Origin: Escherichia phage UPEC01
Length of the DNA stretch: 64,000 nt
Sequence record: MW233709
Strand: one strand, 5' to 3'
Each line of letters begins with the position of its first letter. Within the stretch, counting starts at the first letter, position 1. Position numbers and translations under genes: made by a program. The notes below the pieces were generated by a model. It was not told the origin of the DNA, did no database searches, and saw nothing but the letters and a program-made list of their open reading frames with translations. This document shows positions 1-9,175 of the stretch, piece after piece.

Positions 1-8
1 TATCACCG

Positions 9-38
9 GTTTACAAGCTGAACCAACCATGTAATAAT
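9..38 (+). promoter_or_regulatory. early sigma70-type promoter
   Basis: GTTTACA -35-like and TAATAAT -10-like; leader hairpin GTCCTCAT/ATGAGGAC follows. Confidence 0.5.
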
Positions 39-68
39 GTCCTCATACCAACAAATGAGGACATTATC

Positions 69-344
69 ATGGAACACGTTACTACTCATCACATCAAACA
101 AATTCTTATTCAAGCACTCAAAAACAACAACATCAATTTTCCAACCCATGAAATTTTTGATGTGTTATTCAACGAAGTCCAGGGTCAAGTTGCATATTAT
201 GACGTTATCGTTTATCTTTCAGAATTTGAAGTCTACCACCTGACTGAAATTGCTTTCTATCTCTATCGTGGGACTGCAGATTTTACTGGGGTCGTGAATG
301 CAGTTGGCGCATATAAAGAAGTTAAAGAACAAATGCACAATTAA
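69..344 (+). CDS. hypothetical early protein (91 aa)
   Basis: ATG ORF directly downstream of early promoter cassette at 9-38; no recognisable family. Confidence 0.45.
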   Translation: MEHVTTHHIKQILIQALKNNNINFPTHEIFDVLFNEVQGQVAYYDVIVYLSEFEVYHLTEIAFYLYRGTADFTGVVNAVGAYKEVKEQMHN

Positions 345-354
345 TTAAAAAGTA

Positions 355-384
355 GTGTACATCAGTATGGAGTCTATGTATAAT
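355..384 (+). promoter_or_regulatory. early promoter cassette
   Basis: A-run, GTGTACA, TATAAT; -10 lies in loop of 9-bp inverted repeat 363-371/388-396; conserved block GATTCCATACTGAGTTAC 385-402. Confidence 0.55.
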
Positions 385-418
385 GATTCCATACTGAGTT
401 ACCAAACTGGAGAATAAA

Positions 419-574
419 ATGAAACCTGCTCAATATGCAATGACTTTATACCTTGAAGTTAATGGCGATATTACTGAATTTTTTAAATTAATGCAACAGC
501 GCGGAAAAAGTTTTGCAGTTACTGAGCGTCAATTTTACGCTTGCCGTAAAAATACATACAATCGTTATGCGTGA
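419..574 (+). CDS. small hypothetical protein (51 aa)
   Basis: ATG preceded by GGAGAATAAAATG Shine-Dalgarno context shared with other early genes here; below ORF-track size cutoff. Confidence 0.4.
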   Translation: MKPAQYAMTLYLEVNGDITEFFKLMQQRGKSFAVTERQFYACRKNTYNRYA

Positions 575-584
575 GGAAAACAGA

Positions 585-851
585 ATGGATATTAAATTAT
601 ACTACGCCAAACACAAAGTTACAGGTATGGTTGTTGCTGCTATGTATGATGCGTCAGGTGATGGTGATGATATTACTACAGAATTGTCTCTTTCTGAATG
701 TAAATTTCTTCGCCCGCTAGTTGCCTCAAAGCGTGATTTAAAAAAGCTTATTGATGGAAAACTGGATAATGTTGATGGCATAGATATTCTTTATGACCTT
801 CGCACCGCATTGCACAGGGGTCTGATTGAAATAAAAGAGGTGATATTTTGA
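585..851 (+). CDS. hypothetical protein (88 aa)
   Basis: ATG at 585 with GAGGAAAACAGA RBS; track ORF 513 begins with non-ATG codon. Confidence 0.45.
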   Translation: MDIKLYYAKHKVTGMVVAAMYDASGDGDDITTELSLSECKFLRPLVASKRDLKKLIDGKLDNVDGIDILYDLRTALHRGLIEIKEVIF

Positions 852-941
852 GCAGCAAAACCTGGTGTCTTATCTGGATGTTGTGTATCCCAGTAATTTG
901 CGTTTGTTTTAGTTTATTATTAATGAAACTTGCATAAAAGA

Positions 942-970
942 GTGTACATCTCCGGTGGTTGTAGTATAAT
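942..970 (+). promoter_or_regulatory. early promoter cassette
   Basis: GTGTACA ... TATAAT; conserved leader CCTATCAACTACTG. Confidence 0.5.
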
Positions 971-995
971 GAACCTATCAACTACTGGAGATGAT

Positions 996-1112
996 TATGA
1001 AAAAGTTACTTAAAGCCATTTGGAACATGTTTGTACTGTTTGTTGTCCTGAGCATTTTCCCAATTGTTTTTATGATTGACCATGTACGCGTTTACTTTAA
1101 CTATTTCTTTTG
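996..1112 (+). CDS. small hydrophobic peptide (38 aa)
   Basis: ATG after GGAGATGATT RBS, hydrophobic core; very short. Confidence 0.25.
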
Positions 1113-1123
1113 AGGATAATATT

Positions 1124-1330
1124 ATGAATTACAATTCACAATTTCAGAAATCTAATCGTCGCTTTGACTTTATGTTCAAGTTTATTGTGGCAATGATTAT
1201 CCTGATTTTCATTGGTGCCATTGCAATGATTGGTTTCCAGCTCTGGATTGCTGCTGAAGTGTTCACACAAATCCAGGATAATGGTTTGAAGTCTGTTGTT
1301 GATGTAATTTGGAATGGTGCTAAGCAATGA
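1124..1330 (+). CDS. small membrane protein (68 aa)
   Basis: ATG after GAGGATAATATT RBS; central hydrophobic segment IVAMIILIFIGAIAMIGF. Confidence 0.4.
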   Translation: MNYNSQFQKSNRRFDFMFKFIVAMIILIFIGAIAMIGFQLWIAAEVFTQIQDNGLKSVVDVIWNGAKQ

Positions 1331-1572
1331 AACTTTTTAAAGACATTGCAGTTGGTGAAAAATTTGTCCTGGGTAATGGTCAACAACTGATTCGCATTTC
1401 GCCTTTAATGGATAACAGTGAGCGCCCTGTGCGTACTGAAAACTGTTTGGATTATCCTTTTTATCAGAAACGTTTTGCAATTGAAAATAATACTGAGTGC
1501 TTCACAGTTGATGAACTGATGGAATCATCAGAAGAAGTTGACTTGTGGGATGGCGCGGTAGATGTAGAATAG
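1327..1572 (+). CDS. hypothetical protein (81 aa)
   Basis: ATGA start/stop overlap with upstream ORF. Confidence 0.45.
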   Translation: MKLFKDIAVGEKFVLGNGQQLIRISPLMDNSERPVRTENCLDYPFYQKRFAIENNTECFTVDELMESSEEVDLWDGAVDVE

Positions 1573-1601
1573 TGTACAAACTCATGGGAGCAGAGTATAA
1601 T
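1572..1601 (+). promoter_or_regulatory. early promoter cassette
   Basis: GTGTACA ... TATAAT flanked by short inverted repeat. Confidence 0.5.
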
Positions 1602-1639
1602 GTTCCCGTGGATAATAAAATTTAATTGAGGAAAATATT

Positions 1640-1984
1640 ATGTCTAAAGTATTTTTTGGTAATCGCAACATTATGTTCTTTAAACAGATTAGCATATCAG
1701 AAGCATTTGATTTAAGTTATTCAGGTGGTACAAAAGCTGTTAACCTTAAAAATTTGATGTCTGCAGAATTTGCATTCTATCAGGACCCTGAAACTGGTTT
1801 CTATAAATTTATTAAGTTCCGCATGACTATGGACCGCGATTATCGCGATGTTTATTATACAAGTTATGAAAGTGTTGTGAATGCAATTCGTGAAGCTTAT
1901 GGGTTGGATTCGTTGTCTCTTGACCGTCTGTATAATGCAAGCCTTTACACCAGTGGATTTATTTTAGAACAACTACAAAAATAG
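1640..1984 (+). CDS. hypothetical protein (114 aa)
   Basis: ORF with GAGGAAAATATT RBS downstream of early promoter 1572-1601. Confidence 0.5.
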   Translation: MSKVFFGNRNIMFFKQISISEAFDLSYSGGTKAVNLKNLMSAEFAFYQDPETGFYKFIKFRMTMDRDYRDVYYTSYESVVNAIREAYGLDSLSLDRLYNASLYTSGFILEQLQK

Positions 1985-2013
1985 TGTACAAACTCTTGGG
2001 GTCAGAGTATAAT
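1984..2013 (+). promoter_or_regulatory. early promoter cassette
   Basis: GTGTACA ... TATAAT; -10 in loop of inverted repeat GGGGTC 1997-2002 / GACCCC 2014-2019. Confidence 0.55.
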
Positions 2014-2057
2014 GACCCCACTGGAGCACAAAACTTTAACTTACTGAGGAAATTAAT

Positions 2058-2507
2058 ATGACTACTTACATGACCCGTCGTGACGTACTGAATGCTGGTG
2101 CTACCACTGTTGCTTATATCCATAATGGTAATTATGTTGCCGGTCGCCCAACTAAAGAAGCTATCGCTCAACCAGGTTTTTATTTCGTGGTTAAAGGTGA
2201 AGGCGAATCACGTATTGTTGCTGCACGTTTTTATGTTGGTAACCAACGTTCACAACAAGGGTTTGACACTGTATTAAGTCACATCCGCAAACAACGTTCA
2301 CAATTGTCTCGCACAATGGCGAACAATGGTGTTATCTATGAAGTCCTGTTTGTTCCAGTTTCTAAAATGAAACCCCTGACAACTGGTTATGGTAAAGGTC
2401 AAATTGCGATGGCGTTCACTCGCTCACATAGTTCTGATTGCCAGACCCTTTCAGAAATGAATCGCATGCTTGCTGATAACTTTAAATTCATTCTGCAGAG
2501 CTATTAA
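2058..2507 (+). CDS. ndd: nucleoid disruption protein Ndd
   Basis: 149 aa; motifs [50 protein letters not shown] match remembered T4 Ndd (151 aa). Confidence 0.75.
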   Translation: MTTYMTRRDVLNAGATTVAYIHNGNYVAGRPTKEAIAQPGFYFVVKGEGESRIVAARFYVGNQRSQQGFDTVLSHIRKQRSQLSRTMANNGVIYEVLFVPVSKMKPLTTGYGKGQIAMAFTRSHSSDCQTLSEMNRMLADNFKFILQSY

Positions 2508-2508
2508 T

Positions 2509-2682
2509 ATGAGACATTTCTTTACAATGGGTTACCTATTTGTTTTAGCCCTATTTGTTATTACAGGAGCCTTTATAGCCTTTGGTGCTCCATTTAATGA
2601 TAAAGTTGCTGTTACTATGTGCTTTAGTGGTGGGTATATCTGTTTTGAACGCTTATGCAAAATGTGTGGTATATATGAGTAA
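2509..2682 (+). CDS. ac: small membrane protein, possible Ac homolog (58 aa)
   Basis: Hydrophobic small ORF between ndd and stp, the position of ac in T4; assignment by position only. Confidence 0.35.
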   Translation: MRHFFTMGYLFVLALFVITGAFIAFGAPFNDKVAVTMCFSGGYICFERLCKMCGIYE

Positions 2683-2755
2683 TTTCCATAACGAACATGT
2701 GATGCAATGGCATCGTCATAATCTGAAATTAACCGGCGTCTTCGGACGTCCTTGA
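2675..2755 (+). CDS. stp: Stp peptide (26 aa)
   Basis: Translation [26 protein letters not shown] closely matches remembered T4 Stp ([26 protein letters not shown]). Confidence 0.65.
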   Translation: MSNFHNEHVMQWHRHNLKLTGVFGRP

Positions 2756-2762
2756 GGAAAAT

Positions 2763-2918
2763 ATGAATAAATTTGTTCATGGTGTAGCTTTTTTCTGCTG
2801 GTCATTTTTATTTGTTGGAACATTAATAACTGGTGAAACTTCAGTATTTCTGCAGTCAACAGCTCAAGGTGTATTAGCAGTTTTATCACTATTTAAATTA
2901 TTGGATAAAAATGATTAA
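2763..2918 (+). CDS. small membrane protein (51 aa)
   Basis: ATG ORF with hydrophobic N-terminus; below track cutoff. Confidence 0.3.
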   Translation: MNKFVHGVAFFCWSFLFVGTLITGETSVFLQSTAQGVLAVLSLFKLLDKND

Positions 2919-3051
2919 GAAAATCCTGGGCTACTCGTTAGCCCTTGCTGCCTTATTGGTGGCGCTGTATTACGGAGTTGTGTTTGCGTTAGTGCAGGTT
3001 GTGCTTTTTATTTCTGATGCTATAATGGCGGTACATTCGTTAATCTGGTAA
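2911..3051 (+). CDS. small membrane protein (46 aa)
   Basis: ATG overlapping upstream stop; almost entirely hydrophobic. Confidence 0.3.
   Translation: MIKKILGYSLALAALLVALYYGVVFALVQVVLFISDAIMAVHSLIW
3003..3026 (+). promoter_or_regulatory. middle (MotA-box) promoter candidate upstream of gene 52
   Basis: TGCTTT box about 14 bp upstream of TATAAT. Confidence 0.45.
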
Positions 3052-3059
3052 GGTGATAT

Positions 3060-4439
3060 ATGTCTGACGTTTTAAGTATGATGTCCAAACAGTTCAGTGA
3101 TTCCATGGGGACCCTTAACCCCCGCAGTCTAAAAGACATTATTGATGTGGAAGCATTGTCATATGCTATCTACACTGTGGAAGGTCGCGCCATCCCAAAC
3201 ATGATTGATGGTTTTAAACCAGTTCACAGATTTGTTATGGCGAGAGCATTAGACCTGGCGCGTGGTGATAAGAATAAATTCCATAAGGTTGCCTCCATTG
3301 CAGGTGGCGTAGCTGATTATGGTTATCACCATGGCGAAGCATCAGCGGAAGAAGCAACTTCTGGTCTGGTCGCAACATATAAAAATGAATACCCCATGTT
3401 TGATGGGCAAGGCAACTTTGGTTCCAGAATGGTGCCAGAAGCATCATCAGCTCGTTATGTATTCGCACGGGTTTCAAAGAACTTTTATAACTTGTTTAAG
3501 GATACAGAATATGCTCCGGTCCATCCTGATGAAGAACATAAGCCTCCTGCTTTTTATCTTCCTGTTATTCCTACTGTATTACTTAACGCCACTTCTGGGA
3601 TTGCTGTTGGCTTCGCTACTGATATTCTTCCTCATTCGTTCCAGGACGTCAAGGAAGCTGTTAAAGCTATCGTGGAAGGTCGTGAGCCGGTTGCTCCGAA
3701 AGTAAAATATCCAGAATTCCGCGGTAAAGTGGTTGAGCTGGAAGAGCCTGGTAAGTATGAACTTCATGGCACATACAAAATGACCTCCAGGACCCAAATG
3801 GAAATTACTGAAATCCCGGTCCAATGGAACCTGGAAAAGTATACAAGTAAAATCCTGGACCCGCTGGAAGAGAAAGGTTTTATCACCTGGAAAGATAACT
3901 GCGGCGAGCATGGTTTTGGGTTTAAGATTAAATTCCGCAAAGAATACAAGTTGGATGGTACCGAAGAAGAAAATCATGAAAAAATCATGAAAGACTTTGG
4001 TCTGATTGAGAAGCTCTCCCAGAACTTAACAGTGCTTAATCACAAAGGCAAGCTGGCTGAATACACCAACACGCTTGACCTGATTCGCGATTTCGTTGAT
4101 GTCCGTAAGACTTATGTTCAAGTGCGAATTGACAGTAAGATTAAAGAAACTGAAGCAGCATTTAAACTGGCCCGGGCAAAAGTCTTCTTTATTAAAGAAG
4201 TGATTGACGGTAAGGTTGTTATCCAGGGGAAACCTCGTAAGAAGTTGATTGAGGAACTCCAGGCGAGTGAAATATATGGCGATTATGCAGAGAAGTTAGT
4301 GGCGATGAACATCTACCATATGACCTCTGATGAAGCCAAGAAGCTTGCAGACGAAGCAAAGGCTAAGAAAGCTGAGCATGAGTACTGGAAGACAACTGAT
4401 GTTAAAACTGAATACCTTAATGATTTGGAGGCTCTATGA
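3060..4439 (+). CDS. 52: DNA topoisomerase II medium subunit gp52
   Basis: 459 aa; GyrA/ParC-like N-terminal region (AIPNMIDGFKPVHR, YHHGEAS, QGNFGS) as in T4 gp52. Confidence 0.9.
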   Translation: MSDVLSMMSKQFSDSMGTLNPRSLKDIIDVEALSYAIYTVEGRAIPNMIDGFKPVHRFVMARALDLARGDKNKFHKVASIAGGVADYGYHHGEASAEEATSGLVATYKNEYPMFDGQGNFGSRMVPEASSARYVFARVSKNFYNLFKDTEYAPVHPDEEHKPPAFYLPVIPTVLLNATSGIAVGFATDILPHSFQDVKEAVKAIVEGREPVAPKVKYPEFRGKVVELEEPGKYELHGTYKMTSRTQMEITEIPVQWNLEKYTSKILDPLEEKGFITWKDNCGEHGFGFKIKFRKEYKLDGTEEENHEKIMKDFGLIEKLSQNLTVLNHKGKLAEYTNTLDLIRDFVDVRKTYVQVRIDSKIKETEAAFKLARAKVFFIKEVIDGKVVIQGKPRKKLIEELQASEIYGDYAEKLVAMNIYHMTSDEAKKLADEAKAKKAEHEYWKTTDVKTEYLNDLEAL

Positions 4440-4534
4440 GTTTTGGAGTTGAGTTTGCATTGCTTTGTATTTTCGCGGCAATCGCAGGTGTGATTGTTGG
4501 TATGTTTATTGGTAATAAGATAGATAAAGACTAG
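4436..4534 (+). CDS. small hydrophobic peptide (32 aa)
   Basis: ATGA overlap with gene 52 stop; followed by terminator hairpin. Confidence 0.25.
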   Translation: MSFGVEFALLCIFAAIAGVIVGMFIGNKIDKD

Positions 4535-4557
4535 GACCCTTCGGGGTCCTTTTTTAT
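4533..4557 (+). terminator. intrinsic terminator
   Basis: GGACCC-TTCG-GGGTCC hairpin plus T-run. Confidence 0.7.
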
Positions 4558-4568
4558 TTTAAAAAAGT

Positions 4569-4598
4569 AGTGTACAAACCCCTTGTCTTAGGACATAA
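4569..4598 (+). promoter_or_regulatory. early promoter cassette
   Basis: AAAAAGTAGTGTACA ... CATAAT, preceded by terminator hairpin; conserved block 4599-4619. Confidence 0.6.
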
Positions 4599-4648
4599 TG
4601 ATTCCATACTGAGTTACACAATGAATCACAAAAACTTTGGAGAATAAA

Positions 4649-4864
4649 ATGTTTACTGCACAACAGAATGAAGGTCAAGAATACATCAACGCTAAATTCA
4701 AATCTAACAAAGAAGCTTGCTATTATTACTTTGACATGTTCAAACTGGCAAACTCTAAAGAAGAACGTAAACAAGCAATTGATGTGATTGTTTCTACTTC
4801 CCATATGAAACGTACTGTGGTACAATCATATGCATCAAATTATATGAAATCTATTAAGGGATAA
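4649..4864 (+). CDS. hypothetical protein (71 aa)
   Basis: ATG after GGAGAATAAAATG; track start 4637 is TTG. Confidence 0.45.
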   Translation: MFTAQQNEGQEYINAKFKSNKEACYYYFDMFKLANSKEERKQAIDVIVSTSHMKRTVVQSYASNYMKSIKG

Positions 4865-4866
4865 TT

Positions 4867-5475
4867 GTGAACAAGTTAAATTATATCGTTAAATGCTCCC
4901 AGAATGCGCTGCATGAGACTGATGTCAATGCTTTGGTGTTTGTATACAAAAACAACTTCGTGAGTCCAGAGGTTGTTTTAGACCAGCAGAACACATCAAT
5001 TGATAGCGTACAGACATTGTTGAATAACAACTATGTTGAAGCTTCTGGTGATGGTTTGATGATTACAGAAAAGGGTGTTGACCTTATTCTGGATGCAGCT
5101 GAACTTTGGGCGAATGAAAATAATCCTGACCTTCTGGAAGTGAAGAAGACAAGAACAAAACGCGGTGTGACTGATGAAATGGAAGCGACTGCAGAATATA
5201 TCAAAGAGCAATTGTTGTCTATTGGTATTGACTTTAAGAGCATTTCAGAAGACCGCAGCAATCTGATTGTGAAGTTCAAGCGTATCAAGACATTAAAACA
5301 GATTGATGTTCGTCGTGATGGTCAGATTCGCGTACATGCGTATAATACTGAACAAAAGATAGTAAAACAGTTTACAGACGTGGGATTTAGCGTTAAAGTA
5401 GGTGGATTGAATACCTACATTGACAACGTTATGTCAACTGAAAACATTCAACATGTTATTAACATCTTAAAGTGA
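4867..5475 (+). CDS. motA: middle transcription activator MotA-like
   Basis: 202 aa, GTG start; SGDGL.IT motif and position between gene 52 and asiA match T4 MotA (211 aa). Confidence 0.7.
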   Translation: MNKLNYIVKCSQNALHETDVNALVFVYKNNFVSPEVVLDQQNTSIDSVQTLLNNNYVEASGDGLMITEKGVDLILDAAELWANENNPDLLEVKKTRTKRGVTDEMEATAEYIKEQLLSIGIDFKSISEDRSNLIVKFKRIKTLKQIDVRRDGQIRVHAYNTEQKIVKQFTDVGFSVKVGGLNTYIDNVMSTENIQHVINILK

Positions 5476-5485
5476 GGAAATTGTT

Positions 5486-5662
5486 ATGAACATCTATCTG
5501 ATTAAGTACCTAAAAGATGGTAAAGAACGTGATTACCAAATCCCCGCAAAAAATGAATATGATGCGTGTGTTCGCCTTGGTCAGATTCATGGTGATGACC
5601 GTGAATATCGCAATGATGTTGAAATTGAAATCCAATCTGTAACTTTGAAAGTGAGAGGCTAA
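5486..5662 (+). CDS. hypothetical protein (58 aa)
   Basis: ATG with GAGGAAATTGTT RBS right after motA stop. Confidence 0.4.
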   Translation: MNIYLIKYLKDGKERDYQIPAKNEYDACVRLGQIHGDDREYRNDVEIEIQSVTLKVRG

Positions 5663-5664
5663 TC

Positions 5665-5997
5665 ATGAATAAGCTGAATATTGTTAATGAATTGCGCGCT
5701 TGTGTAGAACCTACTCAAGAGGGTTGGGATGTTTGGTATCATGGCGCTTACCTTGGAACTATTGTCAAGGTCAAAGCTGGTCAGTATCTTATCCATCGTC
5801 AGGATGATGCAGTAGCTCCGTTTGGTGCACGCAAGAACTTCATGGCAGCGATTGGTGCCTTTGTTCCAGCAGCATATGAAGTATATAAAGCTGACTATAA
5901 AGAATACCAGGAATCACAACCAGTTATTCGCTCAATTGGTGTTAATAAAGCTCAACAGAAAAGTCTGTGGCAACGTGTTAAAGGTTGGTTCAAATGA
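5665..5997 (+). CDS. hypothetical protein (110 aa)
   Basis: ORF with GAGAGG RBS. Confidence 0.5.
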   Translation: MNKLNIVNELRACVEPTQEGWDVWYHGAYLGTIVKVKAGQYLIHRQDDAVAPFGARKNFMAAIGAFVPAAYEVYKADYKEYQESQPVIRSIGVNKAQQKSLWQRVKGWFK

Positions 5998-6332
5998 TTC
6001 CTATGGAACTAAACTGGGATGGCGAAGGCCATTCCCTTAAATTGATTGAAGAGCAACGTAACGCTTGGGATGAGCGCTGTGCCTTGGTGAATGGTATTAA
6101 GGTAATTTATAACCTTCATCTCCAGATTGATAATGTTCCTCTTGAGTTTGGTATGCAGTTATCACGTTTTCTTGAGATTATTACTATAGAAAAAGTATCC
6201 ATAACTTCGTATGGTGTATGCCAAACAGTTGATATCAAATTGACTTCTTCTGACAAAGGCGAGTTGATTGGTATTGGTGATAAAATTCATGAATTCGTGA
6301 AATATAATGGTTATAAGGTGATTATCAAATGA
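5994..6332 (+). CDS. hypothetical protein (112 aa)
   Basis: ATGA overlap with upstream ORF; track start 5985 is TTG. Confidence 0.5.
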   Translation: MIPMELNWDGEGHSLKLIEEQRNAWDERCALVNGIKVIYNLHLQIDNVPLEFGMQLSRFLEIITIEKVSITSYGVCQTVDIKLTSSDKGELIGIGDKIHEFVKYNGYKVIIK

Positions 6333-6817
6333 ATCCATTAAAAGGTAAAGCATTATCCTTTAAAGAACGGATGACCTTGTTAGATAAAGCTCTTTCTCGT
6401 GAGACTCCTGAAAGTCTCGCTGCTAAATTACAGGCATATGGTGATTACACTGAATATACCGAAGAAGACGTTCTGAAAGAAGTCCCAGAAATCTGTTGGC
6501 AGATTGCACATTGGAATAACAATGAAAAATATCAGCGACGGATTGTATGTGCAGCTAACCGCTTTAAGCTAAAAGATGGTGGGACTCTGGTTATTCCTGG
6601 AGCCAGACATTATTCAAAAGATATGGCAGAAGTGCTTGACCAGGTAAGTGATAAACTTGTGTCAGACCATGTTTGTGGTGATAATCAAGGATTTATTGAC
6701 CAATACAGCAATTACTGGACCCGCGAAGAAGCAATGATTATTGCGACTTATGCAAATCAGGTGCGCATTGAACGTGGCGGTAGTGAGAAAGAACTTTATT
6801 CAGAGGACCTTTACTAA
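6329..6817 (+). CDS. hypothetical protein (162 aa)
   Basis: ATGA-coupled ORF. Confidence 0.5.
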   Translation: MNPLKGKALSFKERMTLLDKALSRETPESLAAKLQAYGDYTEYTEEDVLKEVPEICWQIAHWNNNEKYQRRIVCAANRFKLKDGGTLVIPGARHYSKDMAEVLDQVSDKLVSDHVCGDNQGFIDQYSNYWTREEAMIIATYANQVRIERGGSEKELYSEDLY

Positions 6818-7095
6818 TGAATCTTAAGCAACTCCAGATTGATGCAATCGAAAACCATATTAATCATATCAAACGTCTGAACACCATGATGGAAGACAAT
6901 TGGGGAACTTATGTCAACCAACCCGGTTGGGATGCTTTAGACCATGAATATATAAAGGATATTAGTGATAACACATATAGAGTTAGAGAAGGCCTGAAAC
7001 CCTTCCTGCGTGATATGTATATTGCAACAAATAAAGCAATTATTAACTATCTTGAATACCAATTAAGGGAATTGCATGAACAATCTTGTAGCTAA
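6817..7095 (+). CDS. hypothetical protein (92 aa), possible Arn-position gene
   Basis: Size and location between motA and asiA match T4 arn (92 aa); no sequence-level confirmation. Confidence 0.45.
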   Translation: MNLKQLQIDAIENHINHIKRLNTMMEDNWGTYVNQPGWDALDHEYIKDISDNTYRVREGLKPFLRDMYIATNKAIINYLEYQLRELHEQSCS

Positions 7096-7184
7096 ACACG
7101 ATTTCAATAAGGCGTCTGTCCATAAGGACAAGAAGAAAACAGAAATGCAGTCCAAACGTAAGCAGAAGCACAAGGGGAATCACT

Positions 7185-7349
7185 ATGAGTCATAATTTAG
7201 AGAACGCCATCACTGGTCAGCGTATACGCGAGCAAGAGTGCTTTGATGAATTCCTTGGGGCTGATTTTAAGTTCCAGGAACCAATTGAAGATATGTATCA
7301 GACATATGCTGCACAGATGGAAAATCATGTGTACAACCCAGAGGAATAA
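7185..7349 (+). CDS. small hypothetical protein (54 aa)
   Basis: ATG with AAGGGGAAT RBS. Confidence 0.3.
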   Translation: MSHNLENAITGQRIREQECFDEFLGADFKFQEPIEDMYQTYAAQMENHVYNPEE

Positions 7350-7407
7350 TAGTACAATATCCTTACTGAATAATTGAATGTCTTATTGAATACTTGAGTA
7401 AATTAAA

Positions 7408-7683
7408 ATGACTAAATTTGAAATCGTTTCTGAAATTGTTACTGTAACTTCAATTTTGATTAAAACCGACCGGGAAGATATTACGATGAAGCGTGATGTG
7501 TTTATCGCGTTTTTGAATGAGTTGGGATTGAGGAATGAGAATGGGAATGAGTTAAACAACGTATCGTTTAACAAGTTGTTTAAAAGTTTATCTGAAGATG
7601 AAATTGAACAAATCATTGAACAATTTAACGAAGGATTCGAAGATATACATCGTTATCTTATGATGTATACCTCCGGATTCTAA
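7408..7683 (+). CDS. asiA: anti-sigma70 factor AsiA
   Basis: 91 aa; VTS.ILIK..REDI, FIAFLNE.G, FNEGFE..RYL.MYT match T4 AsiA (90 aa). Confidence 0.85.
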   Translation: MTKFEIVSEIVTVTSILIKTDREDITMKRDVFIAFLNELGLRNENGNELNNVSFNKLFKSLSEDEIEQIIEQFNEGFEDIHRYLMMYTSGF

Positions 7684-8333
7684 CGTGTACGTCCGAGCGT
7701 ACGACCTGCTTGTCCACACATAGCAGAAAGCCTATCAAAACCAAGGTTAGGTTTTTGCTTATACCAGTACAGTGAGACTGTACCTGCATAAACGTTCTCT
7801 AGATTAAAGAATGGGCAGCTGAACATATATTCGAAGCTGCTTTTTTTCTTTGTTGGTAAGAATACAGATTCCGTACCGGATTCAAAATAATTACCATTAA
7901 CCCCTGCCAAATATTCCGCTGAAGTCTTATCTATTGGAAACCCACCCAAATTTTTCTCGTCGACTGATTCAGGTAATATCCCCTCGTACCCCACCATATC
8001 CACGAAGTAGTTAAGGTTAGTTGGTCTAAAAGAATATATCGCTGTAAAGTCAGCTCCGCTTGATGAGTGAACTATCTGGATTTGCTCGATAGCTGCAATT
8101 TTAAATCTGTTATCCTGGTCTTGCCTTATCATTTCTGTGTACGAGGCATATGAAGCATCCCTATACGCATCTAAAATTGCATCACCTTTATACCAGATTA
8201 CCGCCATTAAAAATAATAGAACAATAACTAGTACCCGGGAAAAGACAACTTTCCCGGTCGCATTATCTTTAAAAATTCTATCAAGAAGTCCAAAAAGTAG
8301 GTCGGGGATTGAGATTCCTACTTTTGGTTCCAT
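7680..8333 (-). CDS. t: holin T
   Basis: 217 aa; LDR.FKDNATGKV, LEQLQIVH.SS.ADF.A.YSFRP.NLNYFVD match T4 holin (218 aa); downstream of gene 38. Confidence 0.9.
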   Translation of the reverse strand: MEPKVGISIPDLLFGLLDRIFKDNATGKVVFSRVLVIVLLFLMAVIWYKGDAILDAYRDASYASYTEMIRQDQDNRFKIAAIEQIQIVHSSSGADFTAIYSFRPTNLNYFVDMVGYEGILPESVDEKNLGGFPIDKTSAEYLAGVNGNYFESGTESVFLPTKKKSSFEYMFSCPFFNLENVYAGTVSLYWYKQKPNLGFDRLSAMCGQAGRTLGRTR

Positions 8334-8351
8334 ACTTTTCTCCTTTAAAGA

Positions 8352-8359
8352 TATTTATA
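8352..8359 (-). promoter_or_regulatory. late promoter (TATAAATA) for holin t
   Basis: TATAAATA on - strand about 19 nt upstream of t start. Confidence 0.6.
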
Positions 8360-8370
8360 GCGCAAAAGTA

Positions 8371-9144
8371 TTATAGCCAGGAGCCATAGATAGTGCCTGT
8401 AGCACCCCATGTCGGTGAACTTCCGAATACTGCTCTACCAGGAGCACCACCCCCCGACCTGGATAAGTGATTGCCCCATCCGTCGCCACCAGCGCCACCT
8501 GCATCACCTCCATTACCACCGCCAAATTGACTTGTATTACCACCACCACCTGGGCCGTCATAACTAGCATTACCGCCAGGCCAATTAACGCCACCGCCGC
8601 CGAGACCAAATGGTCGACCGCCTCCCCCACCTGCGGTAGAATTTGCAGGCCAACTATTCTGTAATGATACGGCACCGCCGCCGCCACCACCAGAGGCTAT
8701 CACACCATAATTCCAAATGCGAAGTCGTCCACCAATATCATTTTGGATTACGTCGCCACCATTAGTGCCTGGGCTTCCATTTACGCTACCATTACCACCA
8801 CGGCCCCACATATGAACGCCACCATGAATATTCAAAGTAACATATTCGTTAGGGGTATCACCGTACATAAAGAACAACGGAACATCTTTAGTATATGATA
8901 CTAAGTTGCCTGTGATATTAAACACTATAGGAGCACCGCCGGCTTCAAAACAACGGTCACGGAACCATTGACCATTAAAGTTATGGTCAGCTCCAAGAGT
9001 GTGAATTACTTCAACAGAACGGCCGTTCATATTGCTCATCCAAAACGGAATGCTCATTCTTAATCGTTGGGCCGCTCCACCCATCCAATTTTGTCCTGTA
9101 TTAGCTACTGCAGACCCTCCAACCCACGGTCCTACTACTGCCAT
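8371..9144 (-). CDS. 38: long tail fibre adhesin gp38 (T2-type, glycine-rich motifs)
   Basis: Start at [10 protein letters not shown] after GGAGG RBS; conserved N-terminal region ([40 protein letters not shown]) and C-terminal poly-Gly blocks as in T2/T6-type gp38. Confidence 0.85.
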   Translation of the reverse strand: MAVVGPWVGGSAVANTGQNWMGGAAQRLRMSIPFWMSNMNGRSVEVIHTLGADHNFNGQWFRDRCFEAGGAPIVFNITGNLVSYTKDVPLFFMYGDTPNEYVTLNIHGGVHMWGRGGNGSVNGSPGTNGGDVIQNDIGGRLRIWNYGVIASGGGGGGAVSLQNSWPANSTAGGGGGRPFGLGGGGVNWPGGNASYDGPGGGGNTSQFGGGNGGDAGGAGGDGWGNHLSRSGGGAPGRAVFGSSPTWGATGTIYGSWL

Positions 9145-9175
9145 ATAAACCTCCAAGGGGCCGAAGCCCCTCTTA

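Noticed and set aside
4637-4864. ORF-track starts that begin at TTG/GTG codons (4637, 5985, 22708, 1076, 29468, 41467)
   Set aside because: An in-frame ATG with a Shine-Dalgarno lies a few codons downstream in each case; the ATG was used. The motA GTG at 4867 was kept because no in-frame ATG is nearby and the alignment to T4 MotA starts there.
8355-8690. Overlapping ORFs on both strands within the glycine-rich part of gp38
   Set aside because: Artefacts of GC-rich glycine codon repeats; the gp38 frame is the one with conserved N-terminus and RBS.
8371-9144. Possible CRISPR-like or tandem-repeat array in the poly-G codon region
   Set aside because: Repeats are short, irregular and in-frame glycine codons within a protein-coding gene; no spacer-repeat periodicity.
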